From: an uncultured Alphaproteobacteria bacterium
GTDB lineage: Bacteria; Pseudomonadota; Alphaproteobacteria; RF32; CAG-239
Direction: 5' to 3'
DNA: 61,020 bases
Assembly (NCBI GenBank): GCA_944390265.1
Contig: CALXPK010000043.1
Location: forward strand, 1-61,020
This document shows, piece by piece, positions 25,831-33,816 of this stretch. A program made the position numbers and the translations under genes. The notes under the pieces are model-generated. The model was given only the letters and a program-made list of their open reading frames with translations. It was not told the DNA's origin and did no database searches. How positions within the stretch are numbered: position 1 is the first letter of the stretch; each line of letters starts with the position of its first letter.

Positions 25831-26796
25831 ATGGTAAAACTTAATTCTATTCGATTTTCTGATTTGTATATTACGCCGGAAAAAACTTTTTTTGTTCCCG
25901 ATGGGCGCACCGAAAACGGTTTGGCCATTATCAAACCCGAAGATTTGGATGTTTTTTACACTTTGCTTGAAGAAACTTGGGACGGTGAAAACCCCAGTTA
26001 TTCTGTTCTTTATGAAAATATTTTTTATCGCATTGAGCGCTCGGTGACCATCTATGGTCCGCAGTTTTGCTGCCGTAAAATGCCGGAAAAAGTGCCGCCG
26101 ATTGCCGCCTTGAATTTTCCGCGTGAGTTGGTCAGACATCTTTTGTCTTTGAGCAATGCCAGCGGCCTGATTTTGTGGTCCGGTCCGACCGGCGCCGGTA
26201 AAACAACCTCTATCTCGGCTTTGTTGAAAGAATATCTGACCATGGAAGGCGGCTTTGCTTATACAATTGAAGATCCTTCCGAGATGCCGCTTGACGGAAT
26301 TTATAAATCGCTTAAAGGCGGTTTGGGCTTGTGCAAACAAACCCAACCCATCCACGATAACTGGGGAGATTCTTTGAAGTCGGCTCTGCGCTCCAAACCA
26401 AGATATATTCTCGTCGGCGAGATTAGAACGCCGGAAACAGCCAGTCAGGTTTTGCGCGCGGCAACCTCGGGACACTTGGTTTTGTCTTCCATTCATGCCA
26501 ACAACATCACCGATGCCATTAACTCGGTTATCAAATATGCCTCTTCCACCACCATGAGTGAAGAACTGGCCTATGACCTTTTTTCTCGCGGAATGCTCGG
26601 CGTGTTGCACCAAACCTTGTCCGGGGTTGATAACAAAAAACCGCTTGTCAGCTATTTGTTTGCCAATCCCGACACCACCAAAGGCGATCAGGTTCGCGGT
26701 ATTATCAAAACCGGAAATCTTAATTTGGGCACTTCCATTGAAACACAAATGACGCGTATGCGTAAAGGCATGAGCCTTTTTCCGGATTTGTCTTAA
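25831..26796 (+). CDS. PilT/DotB/VirB11-superfamily hexameric secretion ATPase (321 aa)
   Basis: Walker A WSGPTGAGKTTS, IEDPSE, Walker B/Asp box KPRYILVGEIR, and His box TSGHLVLSSIHANN, which is PilT-like GHLV. The track start at 25819 is TTG, so I prefer ATG 25831. Confidence 0.75.
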   Translation: MVKLNSIRFSDLYITPEKTFFVPDGRTENGLAIIKPEDLDVFYTLLEETWDGENPSYSVLYENIFYRIERSVTIYGPQFCCRKMPEKVPPIAALNFPRELVRHLLSLSNASGLILWSGPTGAGKTTSISALLKEYLTMEGGFAYTIEDPSEMPLDGIYKSLKGGLGLCKQTQPIHDNWGDSLKSALRSKPRYILVGEIRTPETASQVLRAATSGHLVLSSIHANNITDAINSVIKYASSTTMSEELAYDLFSRGMLGVLHQTLSGVDNKKPLVSYLFANPDTTKGDQVRGIIKTGNLNLGTSIETQMTRMRKGMSLFPDLS

Positions 26797-26803
26797 AGGT
26801 TAT

Positions 26804-26837
26804 AAAAAAAGAGCTTCTTTGCAGAAGCTCTTTTTTT
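26804..26837. terminator. Bidirectional terminator between the ATPase gene (+) and gpt (-)
   Basis: A-run, GAGCTTCT (26811-26818), loop TTGC, AGAAGCTC (26823-26830), then a T-run. Confidence 0.75.
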
Positions 26838-26841
26838 GTTC

Positions 26842-27273
26842 TTAAATATCCCAAGGAAAAACTATCCACTCGTCCGGCATATCTTCGGCATAAACATCAA
26901 CCTGCGCGGCGCCTTTTGATTTGGCATAAACCGTGACAAAAGCGGCTTGAGGATAATATTTGCGCAAAACCTCAAAGGTTCTGCCCGAATCGGCCAAATC
27001 ATCAACAATCAGAGTGTGCGAATCGACTTTTCCGACATGGGCATTGATTTCTATATCTTCGGTTTTTCTTTGCGAATCATTATCATAGCTGGAAAAATTG
27101 ATGGCCTCATTATTGCGAATGTCCAGTTCATAGGCAATGATACCGGCCGGAATCAATCCGCCGCGGCTGACGGCCACAATTTTGTTATATTTTCCTTTGG
27201 TTTTGAGCTTTTGGCATAGTTCTTTGGTGTGGCGGTGAAACTCTTCCCAGCCGATGTATTTTTTTTCTGTCAT
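26842..27273 (-). CDS. gpt: Xanthine-guanine phosphoribosyltransferase
   Basis: 143 aa. Motifs are KIVAVSRGGLIPAGIIA and the PRPP motif LIVDDLADSGRT. Confidence 0.8.
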   Translation of the reverse strand: MTEKKYIGWEEFHRHTKELCQKLKTKGKYNKIVAVSRGGLIPAGIIAYELDIRNNEAINFSSYDNDSQRKTEDIEINAHVGKVDSHTLIVDDLADSGRTFEVLRKYYPQAAFVTVYAKSKGAAQVDVYAEDMPDEWIVFPWDI

Positions 27274-27276
27274 AAT

Positions 27277-27804
27277 TTATCCGTTTTGTTCTTTGAGGTT
27301 TTTGATATAGTCGATAATTTTGTCATCATCCCATTCGGCCGAACCGCGAATCCGCCCGATTTCTTCTCCCTTGGTGTTGATTAAAACCGTGTGCGGAGAG
27401 GTGAAAACACCCAAATCTTCGGCCAACTTGCCGTCTATGTCATTGTATAATTCCAAATCCGGCGCCTCAAATTTGTTGACAAAGCGGCGTTGCTCTTCCG
27501 GCGTTTTCCATTCCGTGTTCGGAGAAAGCATGACAACCCTGATGTTGTCATCTTTGGTTTTGTTGACAAAGCCGTTGATGTTGTCCAGCTCTTTGACGCA
27601 GGGAACGCAGTTTCTTGACCACAACATCAGCAAAACAAAATTGCCCTTGAAAGAACTCAATTTGACCTTTTGGCCCCATTCGTTGACAATTTCGCGCTCG
27701 GGCATCTCTCGCGGGACGGCATATATATTGACGGCTTTTTCCCTTGCCTGCGCCGAAAAATTGATGATGAAAATCGATAAAAAAGCTAAAATATATTTTT
27801 TCAT
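27277..27804 (-). CDS. TlpA/ResA-like periplasmic thiol:disulfide oxidoreductase (redoxin)
   Basis: Signal peptide, then CxxC in LLMLWSRNCVPCVKEL, with thioredoxin-fold length. Confidence 0.75.
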   Translation of the reverse strand: MKKYILAFLSIFIINFSAQAREKAVNIYAVPREMPEREIVNEWGQKVKLSSFKGNFVLLMLWSRNCVPCVKELDNINGFVNKTKDDNIRVVMLSPNTEWKTPEEQRRFVNKFEAPDLELYNDIDGKLAEDLGVFTSPHTVLINTKGEEIGRIRGSAEWDDDKIIDYIKNLKEQNG

Positions 27805-27892
27805 TAATAACTTCTTTTTTGATTTTGATTAAACTCTATTTAAGAGTATATGTGTAATATATGAATAAATGATAAAAATGATAAGGTGAAGT

Positions 27893-28027
27893 ATGAAAAA
27901 TTTTTCTAAAATTTTTTGTGTTGCTCTGTTGGCAGCTTTGATATGCGCCGTATGTGCTTGCGGCAAGGTTTCTAATCCGGTGCCCATGGAAGGCAGCGGT
28001 TATCCGCATTCTTACCCACGACGCTGA
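27893..28027 (+). CDS. Small lipoprotein (44 aa), below the ORF-track size cut-off
   Basis: My translation is MKNFSKIFCVALLAALICAVCACGKVSNPVPMEGSGYPHSYPRR, behind AAGGTGAAG. It has a lipobox-like VCAC and a YP..YP tail, reminiscent of small LptM/YifL-type lipoproteins. Confidence 0.45.
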   Translation: MKNFSKIFCVALLAALICAVCACGKVSNPVPMEGSGYPHSYPRR

Positions 28028-28047
28028 TTGAAATATGGAGGGTTTTT

Positions 28048-28740
28048 ATGGTGGCCGATAATGATTTTATTGATGAGATGATTCCTTATGTGGAGTTTGC
28101 CGATAATGCAAATGAGCGCACGCCTTGCGTGTTGGTGCTTGACTGCTCCGGCTCAATGCGCGGCGAACCCATAAAGCAACTTAATGCCGGCCTCAAAGCT
28201 CTGGAAAAAGAGCTCAAAGAAGATATTGATGCCAGCTCTCGCGTGCAACTGCTCATCATCAAGGCTTTCGGCAAAGATGAGGCCGTGGTTTCTTCCGACT
28301 GGACCGATGCCATGAATTTTACCGCTCCGACGATGGAAGCCGGCGGCTTGACTCCGCTCGGCAAAGCCATGGAATTGGCCTTGCAAAAAATTGAGGAACA
28401 AAAATGTTTGTATGACAGTTGCGGAATTACATCCAAAAGACCTTGGATTTTTCTTATCAGCGATGGCGAACCAACCGACTATGATTGGGAGATTGTGGCC
28501 GAAAAATGCCGCTATGCTCAGCAAAACAAAAAAGTGGTGGTTCATGCCGTGGGGACTCAAGATGCCAATTTGGAAAAACTGGCCAAGTTTTCTTTGATGG
28601 CTCCCAAACGCCTCACCGGCTTGAAATTTACCGAATTTTTCTTGTGGCTCAGCCGCTCGGTTTCTTGCATTTCCAAAGCGGCGCCCAATGTGCCAGACTT
28701 GCTTGACGATACCGGAGATTGGGATGAAGAAAACCAATAA
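28048..28740 (+). CDS. vWA-domain protein, TerY-like (230 aa)
   Basis: MIDAS motif VLVLDCSGSMRG, later GGLTPLG, and LISDGEPTD. It has TerY/TerF-type vWA architecture without a signal peptide. Confidence 0.8.
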   Translation: MVADNDFIDEMIPYVEFADNANERTPCVLVLDCSGSMRGEPIKQLNAGLKALEKELKEDIDASSRVQLLIIKAFGKDEAVVSSDWTDAMNFTAPTMEAGGLTPLGKAMELALQKIEEQKCLYDSCGITSKRPWIFLISDGEPTDYDWEIVAEKCRYAQQNKKVVVHAVGTQDANLEKLAKFSLMAPKRLTGLKFTEFFLWLSRSVSCISKAAPNVPDLLDDTGDWDEENQ

Positions 28741-29470
28741 AGTTAAGGTTATTTCCGCCACCATTCAAGGCCCTTTGCACAGCAACAAAAACTTGCCGTG
28801 TCAGGATTATTGCTGCCATACAACGGCCGGAAAAAACTTTGTCGCCGTGGTTTCTGACGGCGCCGGCTCGGCAAAGTTTGGCAAAATCGGCGCCAAAATC
28901 GTTTGCAATACGCTGATTGATTTGTTGCCCAACTGCCCTTTTGAAAAAGTGAAAGAGGCCATCCAAAACGCCATTGAAATTGCGCGCGCCAAAGTTTTGC
29001 GCCACCGTTTGAACAAAACTCACTGCGCTCAGGGCATGATGGATTTTTCCGCCACCATTGTCGGCGCGGTTTGCCACAAAAATCGCGGAATTTTCTTTCA
29101 TATCGGAGATGGTGCCGCTCTGGCCATTTCAGAATCGGATATCAACAATTTTATTGCCTCTTTGCCTTCTAACGGCAATTTTTCTTGCGAAACTTTTTTC
29201 TATACGCAAGATAATTGGCTGGAAAATTTGCGCTTTACGCCTTTTGAAAATGCCGATGCCATTTTTTTGATGAGCGACGGTTTGACCAATTTTTCTTTTT
29301 CGGCCGATTTCAGAAATATTGAAAAAAAATTTATTTTGCCGATTCATCAATTTTTGATGCAGGAAAAAAGCAAAGTTAAAGCTCGCCGCGCTTTGGCCAA
29401 CACCCTCAATGATGCCAAGGCCAGACGTCTTAACTCCGATGACAAAACTCTTTTATGGGCAAGGTTGTAA
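28724..29470 (+). CDS. PP2C-family protein phosphatase (PP2C_2 type, 248 aa)
   Basis: Preferred start is ATG 28724 (MKKTNKVKV), overlapping the vWA gene by 17 nt. Motifs are CQDYC, VAVVSDGAGSAKFG, FFHIGDGAA and FLMSDGLTNF. Confidence 0.75.
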   Translation: MKKTNKVKVISATIQGPLHSNKNLPCQDYCCHTTAGKNFVAVVSDGAGSAKFGKIGAKIVCNTLIDLLPNCPFEKVKEAIQNAIEIARAKVLRHRLNKTHCAQGMMDFSATIVGAVCHKNRGIFFHIGDGAALAISESDINNFIASLPSNGNFSCETFFYTQDNWLENLRFTPFENADAIFLMSDGLTNFSFSADFRNIEKKFILPIHQFLMQEKSKVKARRALANTLNDAKARRLNSDDKTLLWARL

Positions 29471-29474
29471 ACTC

Positions 29475-30953
29475 ATGGAAAATGCTGCACTCACCGATAA
29501 TTTGACCGAATATAACGCTGTTTACGGCGACGGACATTTTGCCAAGGTTCGTCTGGGAGAGCTGATTCATAAAGGCGGCGCCGCCGGCAAAATCTATCTT
29601 AATGCCGATAATCCTAACCAAGTGGCCAAAATTTTTCATTCCAAAAGCAAAAGCAGCACCAATCGCCAAAAGCTCGAGGCCATGCTTCTCAACCGACCGC
29701 ATTTTCCCGATGCCGTGATTGACGGCGTGAACTATGTGCAAATTGCTTGGCCGGAAGCCCTTTTGGAAGATGAAAACGGCTTTTGCGTCGGCTATCTGAT
29801 GCCTTTTATCAAAATGAGTGAGGCCGTCTCGCTCGACCATTTGATGCAAAAAGCCATTCGCAAAAAGCTCAACCTGCCCGAAAGCTATGCTTATCGCATT
29901 TTTGCCGCCTATAATTTGGCCTCAATGGTGGCGGCTTTGCACAAATGCGAACACTATATTGTCGATTTGAAACCCTCTAATGTTTCCGTTTATAAAAACA
30001 ATATGATGGTGGCCATGGTCGACTGCGACGGTTTTTCGATTAAAGGTGAATATGGGCGTTATCCGGCCGAATTTGTCAGTGAAGAATATATCTACCCCGA
30101 AGGCATGGAGCAAAATTGTGCCGATATGGGCGAAGAACAAGATAAATTTGCTTTGGCCGTGATTATCTTTCGTCTGCTCAACAACGGAATCCACCCTTTT
30201 TCCGGAACACCGCGCAAAAATGACGGCGAAATGCTGACCATTCAGGATCGCATCGAGCAATATCATTATGCCTACGGCTTGTGGCCCGATACTTATCAGG
30301 CACCGCACCCCTACAGCATTCATGAATATTTTGACAAAGACACGCTGGAGATGTTTGAACGCGCTTTTACCAAAAGTGGAAACCGCCCCACCGCCCAAGA
30401 GTGGCAAGACCATTTGTGGAAGCTGATGCACCATCTGAAAATTTGCAAAAAAGACAAAAATCACGTCTATTTCACCTCTAAAGGCTGCGGTTTGTGCATG
30501 GTGGAAGAAAAGTTTTATCACAATCTTTCCAACATTAAAAAACAAAAAGAAACACCCGAAAAAGTCCGCGGTATGGAAGTGGAATCTTTGACCATGGAGC
30601 ATATTCAAAAAGACAAGCAAGAAAAAATGGCTCTGGATAAAAAAATGCAAATCATTTCTTATGTCGGGTTTGCCTTTTATATGCTCTTTTTTGCTTTTCT
30701 TTACAAAATGCTCACCCCTTTTGCCGAAGAAATTTTATCCATAGGCCTTGGTTTGCAGGCCATTTTGGTCACCTTGATTATGCTCGGGATTAACTATGCC
30801 GTTAACAAATATTATAACTATTTTCCGATTTTGAAGAATCGTGCCATTATGCAGATGATTCAGGTTTATGCCCTCATTTGCATTATCATCGCCTTGGTCT
30901 TTATCAACGATATTCCGCAAAATTTATTGGATTTGGCACTTCCGTCTTCTTAA
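29475..30953 (+). CDS. Ser/Thr protein kinase-like protein with C-terminal multi-TM region (492 aa)
   Basis: Preferred start is ATG 29475, 4 nt after the PP2C stop. Motifs are the Gly-rich loop HKGGAAGKIY, AKIFH (Lys), the catalytic loop YIVDLKPSNVSV and the DFG-like VDCDGF. Three hydrophobic helices lie at the C-terminus (IISYVGFAFYMLFFAFLY; LSIGLGLQAILVTLIMLGI; VYALICIIIALVFI). Confidence 0.75.
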   Translation: MENAALTDNLTEYNAVYGDGHFAKVRLGELIHKGGAAGKIYLNADNPNQVAKIFHSKSKSSTNRQKLEAMLLNRPHFPDAVIDGVNYVQIAWPEALLEDENGFCVGYLMPFIKMSEAVSLDHLMQKAIRKKLNLPESYAYRIFAAYNLASMVAALHKCEHYIVDLKPSNVSVYKNNMMVAMVDCDGFSIKGEYGRYPAEFVSEEYIYPEGMEQNCADMGEEQDKFALAVIIFRLLNNGIHPFSGTPRKNDGEMLTIQDRIEQYHYAYGLWPDTYQAPHPYSIHEYFDKDTLEMFERAFTKSGNRPTAQEWQDHLWKLMHHLKICKKDKNHVYFTSKGCGLCMVEEKFYHNLSNIKKQKETPEKVRGMEVESLTMEHIQKDKQEKMALDKKMQIISYVGFAFYMLFFAFLYKMLTPFAEEILSIGLGLQAILVTLIMLGINYAVNKYYNYFPILKNRAIMQMIQVYALICIIIALVFINDIPQNLLDLALPSS

Positions 30954-31061
30954 AGGATTGAAAAATTTAGGGTAACGATTATTTTTTTCTCTACAATAAA
31001 ATTTTTTTATGTTATCTTGCTTGGCAGGTAAATTTATATATTTTGAGTAAGGATAAAAATT

Positions 31062-32450
31062 TTGAAGAAACTTAATCCGATTGTTATCTCCGGAAAAGAG
31101 GTTTACCCCTTGATTGAAGGCGGTAAAGGCATCAATGGTTCCGACGGCAGAAGTTCCGGTGCTTGGGCACATGAAAACTGCGTCGGTACTTTTTCCGGCG
31201 TCAGCCCCGATTATTATGACGCTCAAGGGAACGTCATTTTGGAACAATATTTGAAAAAAGACCGCAGAGAACGCCATCAGGAAATGATTGAGCAATCTAT
31301 TAAAGGCGGTGTGGCTCAGGCGCAAATTGCCCATGAAGTCTCCGGCGGCAACGGCCGAATCCATATGAATATGCTCTGGGAGCTCGGCGGTTCGGAGCAA
31401 ATTTTGAACGGCGTGTTGGAAAAAGCCAAAGGTTTAATTAACGGAATCACCTGCGGTGCCGGTCTGCCTTACAAGCTCGGCGAGCTCGCTTCTCGTTTCG
31501 GGGTTTATTACTATCCGATTGTCTCTTCCGCCCGTGCCTTCCAAATTTTGTGGAAACGCGCTTATGCCAACTTTAGAGAATTTTTGGGCGGCGTGGTCTA
31601 TGAAGACCCCTGGCTGGCCGGTGGTCACAACGGCTTGTCCAACGCCGAAGACCCTACCAAACCGCAATCTCCGTATGAACGCTTGGTTGAGCTCAGAAAA
31701 ACCTTAAATAACCTCGGCTTGAACGATTTGCCCATCATCATGGCCGGCGGCGTTTGGGCTTTGGACGAGTGGGATGACTATATTGATAATCCCGATATCG
31801 GCAAAATTGCATTCCAATTCGGCACACGCCCGATGGTCACCAAAGAAAGCCCCATCAGCGATGCTTGGAAAAAGTTGATGCTGAACCTGAAAAAAGGCGA
31901 TGTGATTTTGCAACGCTTCAGCCCGACCGGATTTTTCTCTTCGGCCATCAAAAATACGTTTTTGGAAAAACTGATTGCACGCAAAGACGGTGAGATTGCT
32001 TATAGCGAATCGCAAAATGAAGAATTTTCCGCACCGCTGAAAATCAGCGAAACCAAAACCTATTACATTAAACCTGCGGATGTTGACAAAGCCCAAAAGC
32101 AAATTGCTGCCGGCTTGACCGAAATTAAAGAAACACCGGACAACACCGTGGTCTTTATGACGCCAGAAGATTGGAAACAGATGAAACTTGACCGTGCACA
32201 CTGCGTGGGCTGTCTTTCTCAATGCCAATTTTCTACCTGGTCACAAGCGCACGGTACCACCGGAAAACTGCCTGACCCGCGCTCTTATTGCATTCATAAA
32301 ACCCTTTATGATGTCAGCCACAACGGCAGCATTAAAGACAATTTGTTGTTTGCCGGGCATCAGGTTTATCGTTTTGCAACCGACCCGTTGTATCGCAAAG
32401 GAATTCCGACGGTTAAAGAATTGATTGATACAATAAAACTTGGTAAATAA
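31062..32450 (+). CDS. Nitronate monooxygenase / NPD-like flavin oxidoreductase family (462 aa)
   Basis: TTG start after AAGGA. Motifs are IEGGKGI, GITCGAGLP and IIMAGGVW, with the C-terminal Cys cluster CVGCLSQC. Confidence 0.6.
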   Translation: MKKLNPIVISGKEVYPLIEGGKGINGSDGRSSGAWAHENCVGTFSGVSPDYYDAQGNVILEQYLKKDRRERHQEMIEQSIKGGVAQAQIAHEVSGGNGRIHMNMLWELGGSEQILNGVLEKAKGLINGITCGAGLPYKLGELASRFGVYYYPIVSSARAFQILWKRAYANFREFLGGVVYEDPWLAGGHNGLSNAEDPTKPQSPYERLVELRKTLNNLGLNDLPIIMAGGVWALDEWDDYIDNPDIGKIAFQFGTRPMVTKESPISDAWKKLMLNLKKGDVILQRFSPTGFFSSAIKNTFLEKLIARKDGEIAYSESQNEEFSAPLKISETKTYYIKPADVDKAQKQIAAGLTEIKETPDNTVVFMTPEDWKQMKLDRAHCVGCLSQCQFSTWSQAHGTTGKLPDPRSYCIHKTLYDVSHNGSIKDNLLFAGHQVYRFATDPLYRKGIPTVKELIDTIKLGK

Positions 32451-32509
32451 AACACCATGAAAAAAGCTCTGATAAAAAAATTCAGAGCTTTTCTTTTGGA
32501 TTTTTTTGC

Positions 32510-33115
32510 TTAAAACAACTTTCCTTCATATTGATAACCCTTTTCATCAAAAGTTATGTGTATGACATCGCAATTGTCTATGGCAGGACTTTCCACGCCC
32601 AGCGCCGCCATCATGGAACCGATGACTCCGGCATGTGTTACCAAACCTATGCGCCATTCTGCAAATTTGAGCTTGTCTCTTTGATATGAGGCTATTTTTT
32701 CCAACAGCGGATGAACGCGTTGCCAAACATCGGCCGGACATTCTCCCCCGTCAAAATGATTATCCAAACTTTGCGGTTGCGGCCTGTTCCATAACGAAGC
32801 CGTTTTCGGATATTCTTTAATGACCTTATCCGTCGGCCAGCCTTCCACTTTGCCATAATCTACGGCTTGAAGTTCCGGCTGGATATATACCGGAATCTCG
32901 CAACGATGAGAAATCAATCTGGCTGTTTGCACGGCTTGCTTCTGATTGCTGGTATATAAACGCTCAATACACAAAGAATCTATCTTTTCCGATAAGTCTT
33001 TGACTTGTTTGATGCCCTGCGGATTTAAGACATCTTCAATCTTTTTTCCCGACCACAATTGACGAAGATTTGTGTCGGTTAATCCGTGGCGAATGAAATA
33101 AAAATTTGTTTTCAT
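32510..33115 (-). CDS. Histidine phosphatase family protein (phosphoglycerate mutase-like)
   Basis: N-terminal FYFIRHGLTDTN (RHG motif) and a later VTHAGVI. Confidence 0.75.
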   Translation of the reverse strand: MKTNFYFIRHGLTDTNLRQLWSGKKIEDVLNPQGIKQVKDLSEKIDSLCIERLYTSNQKQAVQTARLISHRCEIPVYIQPELQAVDYGKVEGWPTDKVIKEYPKTASLWNRPQPQSLDNHFDGGECPADVWQRVHPLLEKIASYQRDKLKFAEWRIGLVTHAGVIGSMMAALGVESPAIDNCDVIHITFDEKGYQYEGKLF

Positions 33116-33186
33116 AAGAATATTTTTTTAATTAATAATTTATTTAGACGCATTTTTTATAGCAATTTTTTTGTTTGAATGCAAAT

Positions 33187-33213
33187 AAAAAAGCTCTCTG
33201 TCGAGAGCTTTTT
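33187..33213 (-). terminator. Rho-independent terminator downstream of the SH3-domain gene
   Basis: AAAAAAGCTCTC, loop TGTC, GAGAGCTTTTT. It is perfectly palindromic with flanking A/T runs. Confidence 0.7.
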
Positions 33214-33214
33214 A

Positions 33215-33721
33215 TCAATCTATCACTTCATCGGGAAAAACGCCGAAGAGATTGTTTTTGGGCACCCAGCCTTCTATTGAATCAAACTTTATCAAACAAA
33301 AAGAGTTTCCTGAGGGGCATTTGACCACCTCTCCTACCACCTCGTCTTCAACCTTGGCGATGATATCCGAATTGTAATCGGCCTTATCATAGATGTTGTT
33401 TTCTCCGGGGGTGGTGACTTTGACCGTGCGCTTGCCGGAGAGCATGGACTTGTGCATCCAACTCTCTGAGCCTTGCCAATCTTTGATTTTGCGCCACAAC
33501 TCAAACTCAGCCACAATCTGAACCGGTGCCATTTTTTGCATATAAACCCATTCTATCGGATATCTGGCGCCCGGACCCGAACGTGCGTTGATATGGTCGG
33601 AACGCAACGAAGCAAAACGCGGAAGTGTTAATCCGGTTTCGCCTTCATCCGGAAGGGCTTGAGCAAAAGCGCCGGAAACCGTCATTATCAAACCTATCAG
33701 CGCAACTACCACAGCCTTCAT
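33215..33721 (-). CDS. Periplasmic SH3-like domain protein (DUF1058 family typical of alphaproteobacteria)
   Basis: Signal peptide, then LPRFASLRSDHINARSGPGARYPIEWVYMQKMAPVQIVAEFELWRKIKDWQGSESWMHKSMLSGKRT. Confidence 0.7.
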   Translation of the reverse strand: MKAVVVALIGLIMTVSGAFAQALPDEGETGLTLPRFASLRSDHINARSGPGARYPIEWVYMQKMAPVQIVAEFELWRKIKDWQGSESWMHKSMLSGKRTVKVTTPGENNIYDKADYNSDIIAKVEDEVVGEVVKCPSGNSFCLIKFDSIEGWVPKNNLFGVFPDEVID

Positions 33722-33816
33722 TTTTTTCTCCCTTTAATCTTTTTTTATTTTCTTTGGGTTATTATCTCTTAAGATGATGAATAAAACGTAAAAAACTGAC
33801 ATAAAGGATTAAAAAT

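Noticed and set aside
25705-26748. 347-aa minus-strand ORF
   Set aside because: It is antisense to the PilT/DotB-like ATPase, which carries clear Walker motifs. It also spans the pilin terminator.
23887-26796. Shufflon / PilV-Rci DNA inversion module expected in R64-type loci
   Set aside because: I looked for clustered short inverted repeats, alternative pilin C-terminal cassettes and a tyrosine recombinase downstream of the pilins. None are present.
1-27000. Calling the T4SS/pilus block an ICE or plasmid segment (mobile_element feature)
   Set aside because: No integrase, transposase, relaxase, coupling protein, oriT-like repeat or flanking direct repeats are visible in the window. The boundaries cannot be defined from this sequence.
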